Positions 29,501 through 40,400 of a stretch of 64,000 bases of DNA are shown one piece after another. The stretch comes from an uncultured Gemmatimonadales bacterium. GTDB taxonomy: Bacteria > Gemmatimonadota > Gemmatimonadetes > Longimicrobiales > Gaopeijiaceae. The stretch spans positions 32,001 through 96,000 of the forward strand of contig CAWGKG010000005.1 of assembly GCA_963823035.1 (NCBI GenBank), read 5' to 3'. Under the pieces are notes generated by a model. It was not told the DNA's origin. It worked only from the letters and a program-made list of their open reading frames with translations, and ran no database searches. How positions within the stretch are numbered: the stretch's first letter is position 1; each line of letters starts with the position of its first letter. The position numbers and the translations under genes are program-made.

Positions 29501-30815
29501 GCTACCGCGACGCGATCGCGGCGTGCGAGGAGGCCCGCGGCGCGCTCGCGGCCGACCTGTCCGCGCTCGGTACGCGGGAGACCGACTGGGCCGGCCGGCT
29601 CGCGGAGGCGCGTCACGACGTCGCCGTCACACGCGCGCTCATCGCCGAGGAGCAGGCGCGCCTGGACGCGATCAACGAGCGTCGCGCCGCCATCCTCGAG
29701 CGCGAGGTGCGCTTCGTGGCGTACCTCCGTCCGCGCACGACCGAGGACGCTCTTCCGGCGGCCTTCCGCTCGCTGGATCCGGGCCTTCTCGAGGCGCCGG
29801 TGCCCGCCTGCCTCACCGCGCGGGAGGACGCGCCGGAAGAGCTGAGCGACATGCTCGCGGTGGTGCGGGAGGCGCCCGCCGCCTGGTTCCGCCTGCAGAC
29901 GAGCCTGCTCGACGGCCTGGACCGCGTCGACCTCCTGCTCCGAGCCGTGCGGACCGCGCAGGTGCGCACGCAGCTCGCGAGGGCGCAGGCACCCGCGACC
30001 CTGGTCGCGGCGGCCGGTCCGTCGGCCGCGATCGGCAAGGTGCAGACGGCCCAGCGGGCGCGCGTGGACCTGGTGCGCGCAGGGGCGCTGCAGCTCGACG
30101 TCGCGCGCCTCGCCGGGATGAGCTGGCAGGGTGTGCGCACGGAAGCCGCCAAGGTGGTGTCCCTCGGCGACCTCATGGAGGGAGAGCACGGGAAGGGGGC
30201 CGTGAGCCGCGACGCCGCCGCCTTCTTCGAGCGCTTCGGACGCATCTGCGCCTGCCTGCACGCCGGGTTCTCGGGCGTGGCGCCGGCCCTGCGGCTCGAC
30301 TGGGCGGAGACGCTGTCGCAGTTCGACGAGGCGCCCAACCTGCGCAACCTCTCCGCGCTGCCGCGTTGGTCCGAGATCGACTACGCCGTCCGTCGCCGCC
30401 TCCAGGGGCTGGCGGACTGGCTCTTCGACCAGCTCGAACCCGCGCGAGGCCGCGCGCGCAGGCCCTCGTGAGCGACGTGGTGCGCATGTGCCTGCTGCTC
30501 GCGAGCCACGCCCCGGTGGGCCGCATCGTCGCCGGGCGCGTTCCGCGTCCGGTCACCGCCCGCCCGGGCGTGCGCATCCCGCTGGTCGCGCTCGACCCAT
30601 CCCGTCTGCGCGTGGGCATGCAGGCACGGGTCTACCGGGCCGACACGATCGTCGCGCGCGCGGTGGTGGAGGACCTGGGAAGCGCGGAGGCCTCCGCGCG
30701 GGTCACGTACGCTGCGGGCGCCTCCGTCGAGCTGGACGAGAACGTCCGCGTGCACTTCGCCGACGCGGCCGAGCTGGGCTTCGCCGTCGCGACCTCCGCT
30801 TTCGCGCGCGGCTGA
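26514..30815 (+). CDS. Large Afp13-like protein 3 (~1430 aa stitched); apparent frameshifts ~28925 and ~30450
   Basis: RPNLFPGRALTA...GVVRGL...IGAGQGLAASGEDV; stitched from ORFs 26514, 28933 and 29523; central coiled-coil-like stretch. Confidence 0.65.
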
Positions 30816-30819
30816 TCCG

Positions 30820-32356
30820 ATGTCGGCCGCCGTTCGGCGTGTCTGCCGCCTGCGCCTCCGCGGAGGGAGCGAGGCGGCGGTGCGCCGCACCGAGCTCGCG
30901 CTGCGGGACGCGATGCGCACGGCGAGCCTGCACGACGAGGGCGGGCGCCTCGTCCTCGTCCGTCGCCTGGCCCTCGGGCCGCTGCGACCCCGGGCCCGCC
31001 CCGAGCACGTGGCGCGTGCGCTCGAGGCGGCCCTCGCCGAGGTCGCGGCCGAGGGCCGGCACGGAGCCGACCCCACGGCCGGTTCCGCCGGCATGGTCTG
31101 GTTCCGCGACGCGCTCGAGGCCCATCTCGCGCTCGCGGGCCGACTCCTGGTCGGCCCCCCACCCCGCGAGTGGTACTGGCCGCTGGTCACTCGCGCGTGG
31201 AAGCCGGGGATGGACCTGGGTGAGGCCCTGCGCGCCCTGACCCACTCGTTGGGATCGCTGCCCGAGGCCCCGGCCGCGCTCCCCGAGTGGTTCGCCGCGC
31301 TCGTGCGGGCCGGCCACGGGCGGAACGTCACCGCGTCGCTCCGGCCCGCCGACGTGCGGTCGCTGGAGGAGGTGTTGGGGTGGTCGCCGCCGCCGGGGGA
31401 GGAGGTCGAGCGCGCCCCCGTCACCGCTCACCGGGAGGTATCGTCCGTGGGGGCACCCTCCCTTCCTGCCGCCCGGGGCGCGTCCCCTGGCGAGCCGGCT
31501 ACCAACGACGCGCGGCGGTTCGTCGCGGCGGTCTTGCGTGCCTCGGCGGCGCAGGACGCCGCGCTTTCTCCCCGTCGGGGATCCGCCCCGTCCGGGTACG
31601 GGGGCGACGCGAAGTCACCGACGGCCGCCGACGGCCCGGTCGGCGCCGCACGCGCGCACCACACGCTACCCGCCGACGACCGCGACGGCGCCTCCCTCGG
31701 AGCGCTCGCGGCCGACGCGCTCCCAACGGCACGGGGCCCCGTGCCGGCCGCGTCGACGGTGTCACCGGGCGCCCACGAGGTCCCGAGCACCGAGGTGGAG
31801 GAGCCGACGGCGTCGCGCTCCGAGGAGGGCGCCGCGCGGTCCCCCGGACCGGACGGTCCGCCACTTCGCGTCATGCCCGCCGCCTGGCCGGGTCTGCGTG
31901 CGACGGAGGCCGGAGGCATCGGTTTCGTGCTCAACATCCTCCTGCGGCTCGGGTACGACGCGTGGCTCGAGCAGGACGCCGACCGGGCGCCGCAGGCGGT
32001 GGCGCAGCAGGTGGTCGCTCGCGTGCTCGACGCCCTGGCCGTGCGGAAGGAGGACCCGGTCCGCGACCTGGTCGGCGCGTACCCTCGGGCTTCTCCGATC
32101 CGCGAGACCCTGTGGGGCCGCGGCTGGACCCTCGCCGTGTACCGCTGGCTGCGCCTCCATACGGGCATCGGCATGGACGAGTTGGTGCTGCGTCCCGGTC
32201 GGATCGCCCTCACGCGGACGCACCTGGACGTGTGGTTCGACCCCGACGCTCTGCGACCTGCGCATCCGACGTGCAGGCCTCGACCTCGATCCGGGCTGGG
32301 TGCCGTGGATCGGACACGTCGTCGCCTTCCACTACGAAGCCGGGGACCCGCGTTGA
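30820..32356 (+). CDS. CIS tape measure protein (Afp14-like); apparent frameshift ~32250
   Basis: C-terminal LRPGRIALTRTHLDVWF...RIRRAGLDLDPGWVPWIGHVVAFHYE; directly upstream of the ATPase. Confidence 0.78.
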
Positions 32357-34298
32357 GCGCCCCGGCCGCACAGCGCGCCACGGACATCCCCCTGGTGGGC
32401 ATCGCCTTCGCGCTCCTGGCGGGGGAGGGCGCAGGGGAGGGGATCGAGGCGGCGTGGCTCGACGGGTGGCGCCGCGCTGCTCCAGGAGACGGGCGAGGAC
32501 CCCCGCACCGCCCTGGAGCGTTGGCTCCACCGGCCGGCCCGCGCGGACGCGCGCCTGCACGCACTCGCGCTCGCGCTCCGCCTGAGCACGGGCGAGACGC
32601 TCGCCGCGGCCCTCGCGGTCGCGGTCGAGACGGACGCGATGGCCGGACGGGTCCTCGCGTGGCTGCAGAGCCCGAGCGGCGGCGCCCGTCCCACCGTCGG
32701 CCTGCTGGCTCCGTTGGCGGCGGCGTTGGACGGTGGCACCGTCGCCACGCAGGTGGCGACGCTGGTGGGGGGGCGCGCCGCCGCCGCGGGCCTCATCGAG
32801 CTCGAAGACGACGCGCGCCCGTTGCCGGAGCGGGGCGTGCTCGTTCCCACGCCGACCGCCCTCGCGTTGGCCGGGCAGGCGAGCCGATGGCCGGGCATCG
32901 AGGAGGCGCTGGACGACCCGCCGCCGCTCCCCGCCTCGCTCGTGGCGCTGGCCGCACGGTACGCGACCGCCTGCGCCGAAGGGTCCATGGGCCTCGTGAT
33001 CCGGAGCGGGCACCCTCGCGAGGCACGCGCCGGGGCGCAGCTGGTCGCGCGCGCCCTCGGTGCCGAGCCCGCCTTCATCCCGCTCGATGCGCCGGACGGA
33101 CTCGGACCGTGGCTGTGGTTGACCGGGCGGGTGCCGGTGATCTGCGGCGAGCTGACACCGGGCGAGCAAAGGGCCCTGCCACCGATCCCGGGGTACCCGG
33201 GCCCCGTGCTGGTGGCCTCCGGGCCCGACGGCGCGTTCACGCAGCGCGGGCGACCCGGTCATGTCGTGGAAGCTCCCGGTTCCGGACGCCACCGAGCGCG
33301 TGGCACTCTGGCAGGAGCTCACGAGCGACGCCGCGCTCGCCCACCAGCTCGGCTCCGCCTTCAGACACGGCGCGGCACGCATCCAGGGACTGGCGCGCGC
33401 CGCTCGCTTCCAGGTTGCGCTCGGCGGAGACGAGCGCGTCCATGCGAGCCACGTGGCGGCCGCGGGACGGAGCGGCGCCGCTGCCGATCTGGGGAGCGTC
33501 GCCGAGCTGATCCCGGACGCCATCGACGACGCGGCCGTCGTCCTGCCCCCCCAGCTTCGCGCGGATCTCGAAGCGCTTCTCCTGCGCTGCACGGGGCGAG
33601 ACACGCTCGTCGACGCGCTCGGGGAGGCGGCGCGCACGCGCCACCGTCCCGGCGTGCGCGCGCTCTTCTACGGACCCTCGGGTACCGGGAAGACGCTCGC
33701 GGTCGGATGGCTCGCCACGCGGCTGGGGCTCCCCCTCTACCGGGTCGACCTCGCCAGCGTGACCAGCAAGTACATCGGCGAGACCGAGAAGAACCTCGCG
33801 CAGCTCTTCGCCCGCGCCGAGAACGCCGAGGTCGTCCTCCTCTTCGACGAGGCGGACGCGCTGTTCGGCAAGCGCACGGACGTCAAGGACTCGAACGACC
33901 GCTACGCGAACGCGCAGACGAACTACCTGCTGCAGCGCATCGAGTCGTTCGAGGGCATCGCGATCCTGACCAGCAACGGCCGCGCGCGTTTCGACAGCGC
34001 CTTCTCACGGCGCCTCGACGCCGTGATCGAGTTCCCGTCGCCCGCGCCCGAGGAGCGCCGCGCCATCTGGCTCGCGCACCTGGGCGAGGAGCACGACGTC
34101 GGCCCACCCGAGTTGAACCGACTCGCGGCGGGTTGCGATCTCGCCGGGGGCCACATCCGTAACGCCGTCCTCGTGGCCGCCGCCCGCGCACGCAGGCGGA
34201 ACGGACCGATCACCTTCGAGGACCTCGCCCGGGGCGCCGTTTCGGAATACCGCAAGCTCGGAAGACAGCCCCCGTCGGGGCTGGCGACGGCGCGATGA
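32353..34298 (+). CDS. AAA+ ATPase (Afp15/Pvc15-like); apparent frameshifts ~32490 and ~33250
   Basis: [53 protein letters not shown]; start (TTG 32353) uncertain. Confidence 0.88.
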
Positions 34299-36497
34299 GC
34301 CACGCGCACGCGGCGCCCGCCCACCACGAGCGTGCGAAGCCCGCCCGCGTCCGGCGAAAGGAGGCCGCTCCGAAGGCAGGCGTGCCGCGCTTCCTGAGCA
34401 CGCCGGCGTTTGGGATGGAGGGCGGGCTCACGGTGGGGGAGCCCGACGATCGCTTCGAGCGCGAAGCCGACGCGACCGCGGAGGCGGTGATCCGGCGCAT
34501 GGAGGCTCCGGCGAGCGTCACGGCGGCTCCGCCGGCCATCCGGCGGAAGTGCGCCGAGTGCGAGCAGGAAGAGCGTCGGAAGGGCGAGGCTGCCGCGACG
34601 GGCCCCGTGCGCAGGAAGGGAGGCCACGCGCCGAGCGTGCCCGCCTCGGTGTCGCGGGCGCTGCGCGGGGGTGGCGGGGCCGGGCACGGCCTTCCCCCGA
34701 CCGTGCAGCAGCGGATGGGCGCGGCGTTCGGAGCGGACTTCACGGGGGTGCGCCTGCACACCGGACCCTCGGCCGCGCGCATGAGCGGCGAGCTGGGCGC
34801 CCGGGCCTTCACGCACGGCCGCGACATCTACTTCGCCGCCGGACACTACGCGCCGGACACGCATGAGGGCGGTCTGCTGCTCGCCCACGAGCTCACCCAC
34901 GTCGTGCAGCAGACGGGGCCCGGCCACATCCGGCGGGCACCACCCAGGCCGGCGGCTCCTCCCGCGGTCGTGCCCGCCCCGGGACCCTCCGACTTCGAGC
35001 TCAAGGCGCAACCGAAGTCCGACTGGAGGCGGATCTACTTCGCGAAGGGCTCCGCGAAGCTGAGCAGCGCCGACAAGACGGAGATCGGCATCTTCAAGCT
35101 GGTGCTGTCCAAGAGCGTCGACGTCCTCGGCTACGCAAGCGTCGAGGAGTCGGCCGCGGTCGCGCAGGACCGGGCGGACGCGGTGAAGGCGGAGCTCGAG
35201 AAGGGGCCGAACAAGGCCAAGGTGACCACGGCCAAGGGGAACCCCGGCGCCATGGCGGCGACCAGCGACCTGCCCCAGGCACGCAGCGCCGAGATCGTCG
35301 AGGCGGCGTCCGCGCCCTCCGTCGTGGACTGCAAGGCCAAGGACAAGAAGGGGAAGCTCGTGCATCCCCCGACCCAGCCCTGTACGAAGATGGACCCCGC
35401 CACCTGGAGCGACTTCAACACCGCCCACCCCGTCGCCAAGACGGCCATGGCGGACGCGGTGGGCGCGGTGGCGGGCGCGCCCACCGCGGACGACGCGGCG
35501 CTCATCGACAAGTTCTTCGGTGCGCACGACGCGGCCACGCTCTCCACGCTGCGCACGAACCTCGGCAACCTGGAGAAGCACGTCGGCCGACTGGACAAGA
35601 TCACGTCGTGCGGAGGGGCCTGCGACACGGGCCTGTGCGAGAACGGGGGGGTCATCGCCTACAACTCGGACATCGACGCGAAGTCGCGCATGACACTGTG
35701 CGTGCCGAAGTTCAAGTCGCTGAACACGAACGACCAGGTACGCAACCTCATCCACGAGAGCGCCCACGGCACCTCGCCTCTCGGGGGCAAGCCCTCGACG
35801 GGCACCGAGGACGTGGCCTATCGCCACGAGCGCATGCTCTTCCACCTGTCGACCGCCGACCGCCTGCGCAACTCCGACAGCTACGCGCTCTTCGCCCTCT
35901 TCCTCCACGAGTTCCGGACGACGGGGAAGAAGGACGCCGTCCCCTCGGGGATCCGCACGCCCTCGAAGGACAACCTCGACAAGGCTTTCGCGGGGACGGA
36001 GCCCGCCGAACTCTCGCTCGCGCTGGCACGACTCGAGAAGCGGCTCGGATGGTGCTCCGACTGGGTCAGCCAGCTCTACGGCGAGATGTCCGGGGTGCGG
36101 AACGGGAAGCAGACCTGGGCCACCTCGTGGGCGGAGGACCTCATGAAGAAGGCGGCCTCGCTCTTCCCGCTCACGGCTCCACCCGCAAAGCCCACGGTCG
36201 TGGACCAGGCGCGTGTGGCGGCCATGATCGACCGCTATCGACGGATGCGCTGGGGTGTGAAGCGCGACCTCAGCGTGAACCGGATGGCGGCGGGCGTGAT
36301 CGCCTGGCCCTCGTCCGGCAAGAAGCCCGTGGTGGGCGCACACCCTCCAGGTGGGGCCGGACTTCTTCAAGGCGAGCGCCGACGACCAGGTGTCGCTGCT
36401 CGTGCAGCACCTCGCGGACGCGACGAAGAACGTCGAGAAGGCCTTCATCCCGGCCTACGTGGCGCTGGCCGAGTGGATCCACCAGCAGAACCCATGA
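34295..36497 (+). CDS. DUF4157 (eCIS core domain) protein with OmpA-like and M35-like metalloprotease domains; apparent frameshift ~36335
   Basis: ADFTGVRLHT...ARAFTHGRDIYF...LLAHELTHVVQQ; IYFAKGSAKL...GYAS...DRADAVK; LIHESAH...TEDVAY...NSDSYALF; the shifted frame ends WIHQQNP*. Confidence 0.82.
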
Positions 36498-37502
36498 CGC
36501 GACCCGACGGCCTGGGCTTCCGCCTCCTGCTACCCGGCGATCCCGCCAGCCTGCGTCCGGTGCGAAGGGCCCCGCTGCCCATGCGCGCCGACACGGCCTG
36601 TCTGGCGGCTGTCGCACGCGCCGGCCTCCACCTCCTGATCCCCCATCCCGGAGAGACGCGCAGCGCGCTCGTCCGGTGCGGACCCGGGGAGGAGCCGCGC
36701 ACCCTGGCCGAGATCGACGTCGTGCCCGTGGCGTTCGCCGCGTGCGGGGAGGGGTTCCTCGTGTGCGGCGCCGAAGCGGACGGAGCGCCGACCACCCGCT
36801 GGCTCGACGGGAGCGGAGAGGTCGGGTGGCGCCTCGAGGGCCCCGGCGTCGAGCACACGCGATGGCCCGCGCCCGTGCACGGATCGACCCCGCGCGTGAT
36901 GTGGCAGGAGGCGCCGGACGCGCTTCTCGTCGCCGACGTGGGCCCCGCGGGCGCCGGGCGCGGCCGCTCCGCCCCCCTCGGGCCCGGCCCCCGTCGGCCT
37001 CGCTTCCGCGGACGGGGAGGCATGGGCCGTGTGGCGCTCGGGAGACGACGTTCGCGGGGTCGTCATGGGCGAGGGCGAGCCGCATCCCTTCGCGATCCGG
37101 GGGGCGGAGGCCGACCTCGTGGCCGTCGGCGCCCACCCCGGAGGCGCGACGGTCCTCTGGAACCGGGGCGACGACGTGTGGGCAGCCGGCGTCCGACGGG
37201 CGTCTCCGGCCGGCACGGCGACCCACGTGCTCTCCCTGGCCGGACGCCCCGCCCGGCTCGACGTGGTCGACGCCGCCACGCCGATCGTGTGGGCGCGCCT
37301 CTTCGACGCGCTCGACGACGGGCCCGCCGCGGGGGATGCGGGCGACGGCGGCTCCGTCGTGGGAGCCCCGGGGCTCGGAGTCCTCGGCGTCTCCGGCACG
37401 CTCCACGAGGTCCTGTCGTGGGAGGATCGCGTGGTCCTCGTCGGGTCCACGGAGATCGTCTGGCTGGAGCCGCTCGCGGGCGGCGTCCGTCGGGGAGGCT
37501 GA
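36494..37502 (+). CDS. Hypothetical beta-rich protein between the two DUF4157 genes; apparent frameshift ~36985
   Basis: ATG 36494 overlaps upstream TGA (ATGA); MTRPDGLGFRLL... continues into the 37029..37502 frame. Confidence 0.55.
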
Positions 37503-37505
37503 TCC

Positions 37506-39723
37506 TTGCGCCGCAAGCCCTCCTTCCGACCCGAGCCGACCCACGGTGCGCCCCGGGGACGAGCGTCCGGGGCGCGCCGGAGAGCCTCCGAGCCGCTGGC
37601 CGACGCGCCGGCTCCGAGGTTCCTCACGCAACCCGGCGATCCGGCTCGCACCGTCCCTCACGGTTCAGCGGCAGGAGGAATCCGGCCAGCTCACGCCACC
37701 CTCCATGCTCCAGCCGACGGACCCGTACGCCCGCTACCGTCCGGACTTCGGGTTCCGCTTCCGCTTCGACGAGGAGCTCCAGCCGTGGGCGCTGGCACGC
37801 GGCCGGGCGCTGCTGTCGCCCCCTGGCGTCCTGGCCGACGTCGCCGGCGTCGCTCCCGTGGTGAGCCTGCCCGGCGCCACCGGCACACCCCCGACCGCTC
37901 CCGCACCGACGACGGCGGCCCCCACGAGCCCCGTCCCCAGCCCCGACGCCGAGCCCGCCGCCCCGCGTCCGGGCACCGGGGGTGACGTGATGGGCGCCCT
38001 GCTCTCGCTCCCTCAGGTCGGCCTGCTGCTGGCGGACGTGCAGCACCAGTTCACGAGCGGGTTCACGCGCTACTGGGAGCGTGCCTCGCTCGGCGACCAG
38101 ATCGGCTTCGTGAGCAGCTCGGTCGTGGTCGGAAGCGCCATGCTGGCCCCGGTGCTCGGCTTCGACGAGCCGCGCGCGTTCGTCCTCCCGCTGCTCAACG
38201 ACCTCGTGATTCCCGTGCCGGGACTGAGCGGCTACGGGCTCGAGTTCCGTTTCGGGGAGCACGACGTCATGATCGGCGCGCATCTCGACGTCGGCCTCCT
38301 CTTCCCCTCTCTCTGGTTCGGTGGAGGGTCCTTCACGCCCATCGGCGGCCCACCGGGGAGCGATCCGAACGCACTCCCACCGCTGGCGCGCAAGGCGGAG
38401 GGATCCGAGCCGCCCGTCGATGCCCGGTCGGTGGCCGCCGGCCTGCGCGCCAGGTCGGGCGGGGGCAGGGCGCTGGACGAGCGGACCCGCGTCGAGATGG
38501 AGCCCGCGCTCGGCACGGACCTCGGGGCCGTCCGCGTGCACACGGACACCGGCGCCGACGCGCTGGCGCGGGGTCTGCGCGCGCAGGCGTTCACGACCGG
38601 GAGGGACATCTTCTTCCAAGCCGGTCACTACGCCCCCTCGAGCGCGGACGGGCGCAGGCTCCTCGCGCACGAGCTGGTGCACGTGGCGCAACAGGCGCGC
38701 GCGCCCGTCGGCGGAGCACCCGTCGGCGGAGGGCTCTCGGTCGGAGAAGCCGGTGGCGCCCACGAGCGCGAGGCCGACGCCCTGGCCGAGCGCGTCGTCG
38801 CGGGAGGGGCGCCCCCGCAGGCCCACGCACCGGCCCCGGCAGGGTCCGGCGCGGCCGCGCCGGGCGGGACCGTCCAGCGCAAGCCCGCGCCCGGAGGGCA
38901 GGCGCAGCCGGTGCCCGCGGAGCAGGCGCGCAAGATGGCGCCGCCCCCCTGGACGGACTACTTCGACGAGGTGGTGCCGGCCGTCCTCGAGGCGGTGGAG
39001 AGCAACCGGAAGGTGGGCCTCGACCGCGCCATGTGGCTGATCATCCAGGCCTACGGGGAGCAGTCGCCCGGCGTCACGGGGCCACCCTCGCGGCACCGCA
39101 ACCGTCTCTTCAACGAGCAGGCGGCCGTCGAGATGAAGGACGGGAAGATCGAGCGGGTGCTGCCGGGTCAGGAGAGCGAGGGCGTCCACCTCTACAACCT
39201 GCGCCAGAACGAGTCGCCCACGCGCGACAAGAAGGACATGAAGAGCAGCCCCACCTTCGGATACGACACGCCCGAGCGCGCCGCGCACCACCACCTGGAA
39301 CAGCTGCAGGCGCGCTGGGGACCGGCCTGGACCGAGCTCACGAAGGAGAAGGGCACCTTCGAGCAGTTCGCCACGGGGCTGAAGACCGCCGGATACGCCA
39401 AGGCCAACGACTACGCGACGAGCCTCGCGGGCATCAAGAACCAGGTCCAGCGGCAGGTGCGGGCATGGCTCAAGTACCGCCTCCCGGAGATGCGCGCGCG
39501 CGTCCCCGACATGGAGGCCTATCTCGACTTCCTGCGGGGCGAGCGGGACCTGGTCCGCCAACGCCTGCGGGAGGAGCCGGATCCCGTCGGGAGCCTCGCG
39601 GCGGAGCTGCGGAGCTACGACGGGATGGTGCGAGGGATGGAGAAGCAGCTCGCCGACGTCCGGGCGCGCCTGGGTCGCCTCGAGCGCTTCGCCTCCACGC
39701 TGGGCATGGAATCCCCGAAGTGA
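37506..39723 (+). CDS. DUF4157 protein with C-terminal GH73/FlgJ-like muramidase domain and coiled coil; apparent frameshift ~37640
   Basis: DLGAVRVHTD...AQAFTTGRDIFF...LLAHELVHVAQQ; IIQAYGEQ, NRLFN, FGYDTPE, AGYAKANDYATSL; start (TTG 37506) uncertain. Confidence 0.75.
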
Positions 39724-39790
39724 CCAAGAAATCACACGAGGTCACAGATCCCAAGATACAGTCCTGTAACGCTTTGGGTCTACGCGGTCA

Positions 39791-39961
39791 CTAACACAGA
39801 AAGATCGGCGGGTCGTCGACCTCCCGCTCCATCTCCCGCACCAGCCCGTTCACGAGCTTCTCCACGAGCTCCTCCAGCCTCTTCCCGCAGCGCTTCGACT
39901 CGCACTCGTAGGCGTGGAAGAGATGCTCGCTCAGCTCCACCTCGATCTTCACCTTCGGCAT
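39791..39961 (-). CDS. Small 56-aa protein, possible ribbon-helix-helix fold
   Basis: ATG 39961 with GGAGG RBS; MPKVKIEVELSEHLFHAYECESKRCGKRLEELVEKLV. Confidence 0.6.
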   Translation of the reverse strand: MPKVKIEVELSEHLFHAYECESKRCGKRLEELVEKLVNGLVREMEREVDDPPIFLC

Positions 39962-39981
39962 GGCACCTCCTGCGCCGACGC

Positions 39982-40398
39982 CTACGGGACCCGAGCGGAC
40001 GCCTCTCCCGCCACGGGCACCGCCTTGTGCCCGTAGCAGCGGATGCCCCCGTGCCCTTCCTTGCGGATGAGCCTGAACTCGAGGGCGACCTCCATACCCG
40101 GCAGCACCTCCTCGACCTCGCAGTCGACCACCTGCGTCATGAAGCGCGCGCCCTCGGGCGTCTCGATCACGGCCATGGCGTAGGGCGCCTCCATCACCAG
40201 GTCGTCGGGCGGCGTGCGCACCACCGTGGAGGTGAGCACGCGCCCCTTCCGCGACAGGTGGATCGTCTCGACCTCCTTGGCGCGACAGGCCGGACAGACG
40301 CGGCGGGCCGGAAAGCTGACCTTGCCGCAGGCGGTGCACCGGCCCGCTTCCAGCCGGTAGCGGTTGGGGACCTCCCTCCAGTATCTCGGGCTCGGCAT
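39982..40398 (-). CDS. DUF35-family Zn-ribbon/OB-fold protein
   Basis: CTACGKVSFPARRVCPAC Zn ribbon; GIRCYGHK end; adjacent to the thiolase. Confidence 0.88.
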   Translation of the reverse strand: MPSPRYWREVPNRYRLEAGRCTACGKVSFPARRVCPACRAKEVETIHLSRKGRVLTSTVVRTPPDDLVMEAPYAMAVIETPEGARFMTQVVDCEVEEVLPGMEVALEFRLIRKEGHGGIRCYGHKAVPVAGEASARVP

Positions 40399-40400
40399 GG

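Larger units (their letters stand above)
7124..39723 (+). other. Extracellular contractile injection system (AFP/PVC-like) gene cluster
   Basis: Co-oriented, tightly packed sheath, tube, baseplate, spike, tape measure, AAA ATPase, DUF4255 and DUF4157 genes; no capsid, terminase, integrase or T6SS membrane-complex genes. Confidence 0.93.

Noticed and set aside
20454..37700. Pseudogenised eCIS or programmed frameshifting
   Set aside because: The same kind of indel appears in housekeeping genes and no consistent slippery motif is visible; sequencing error is more parsimonious
7124..39723. Prophage or type VI secretion system
   Set aside because: No capsid, portal, terminase, integrase or replication genes, and no TssJ/L/M, TssK or ClpV; gene content matches eCIS
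20268..39723. Very long track ORFs (20268..23756, 30820..33510, 34295..37864, 35608..39723) as single proteins
   Set aside because: Each switches between sensible protein and Arg/Pro-rich off-frame text; they are chimeras produced by indels and stop-poor GC-rich DNA
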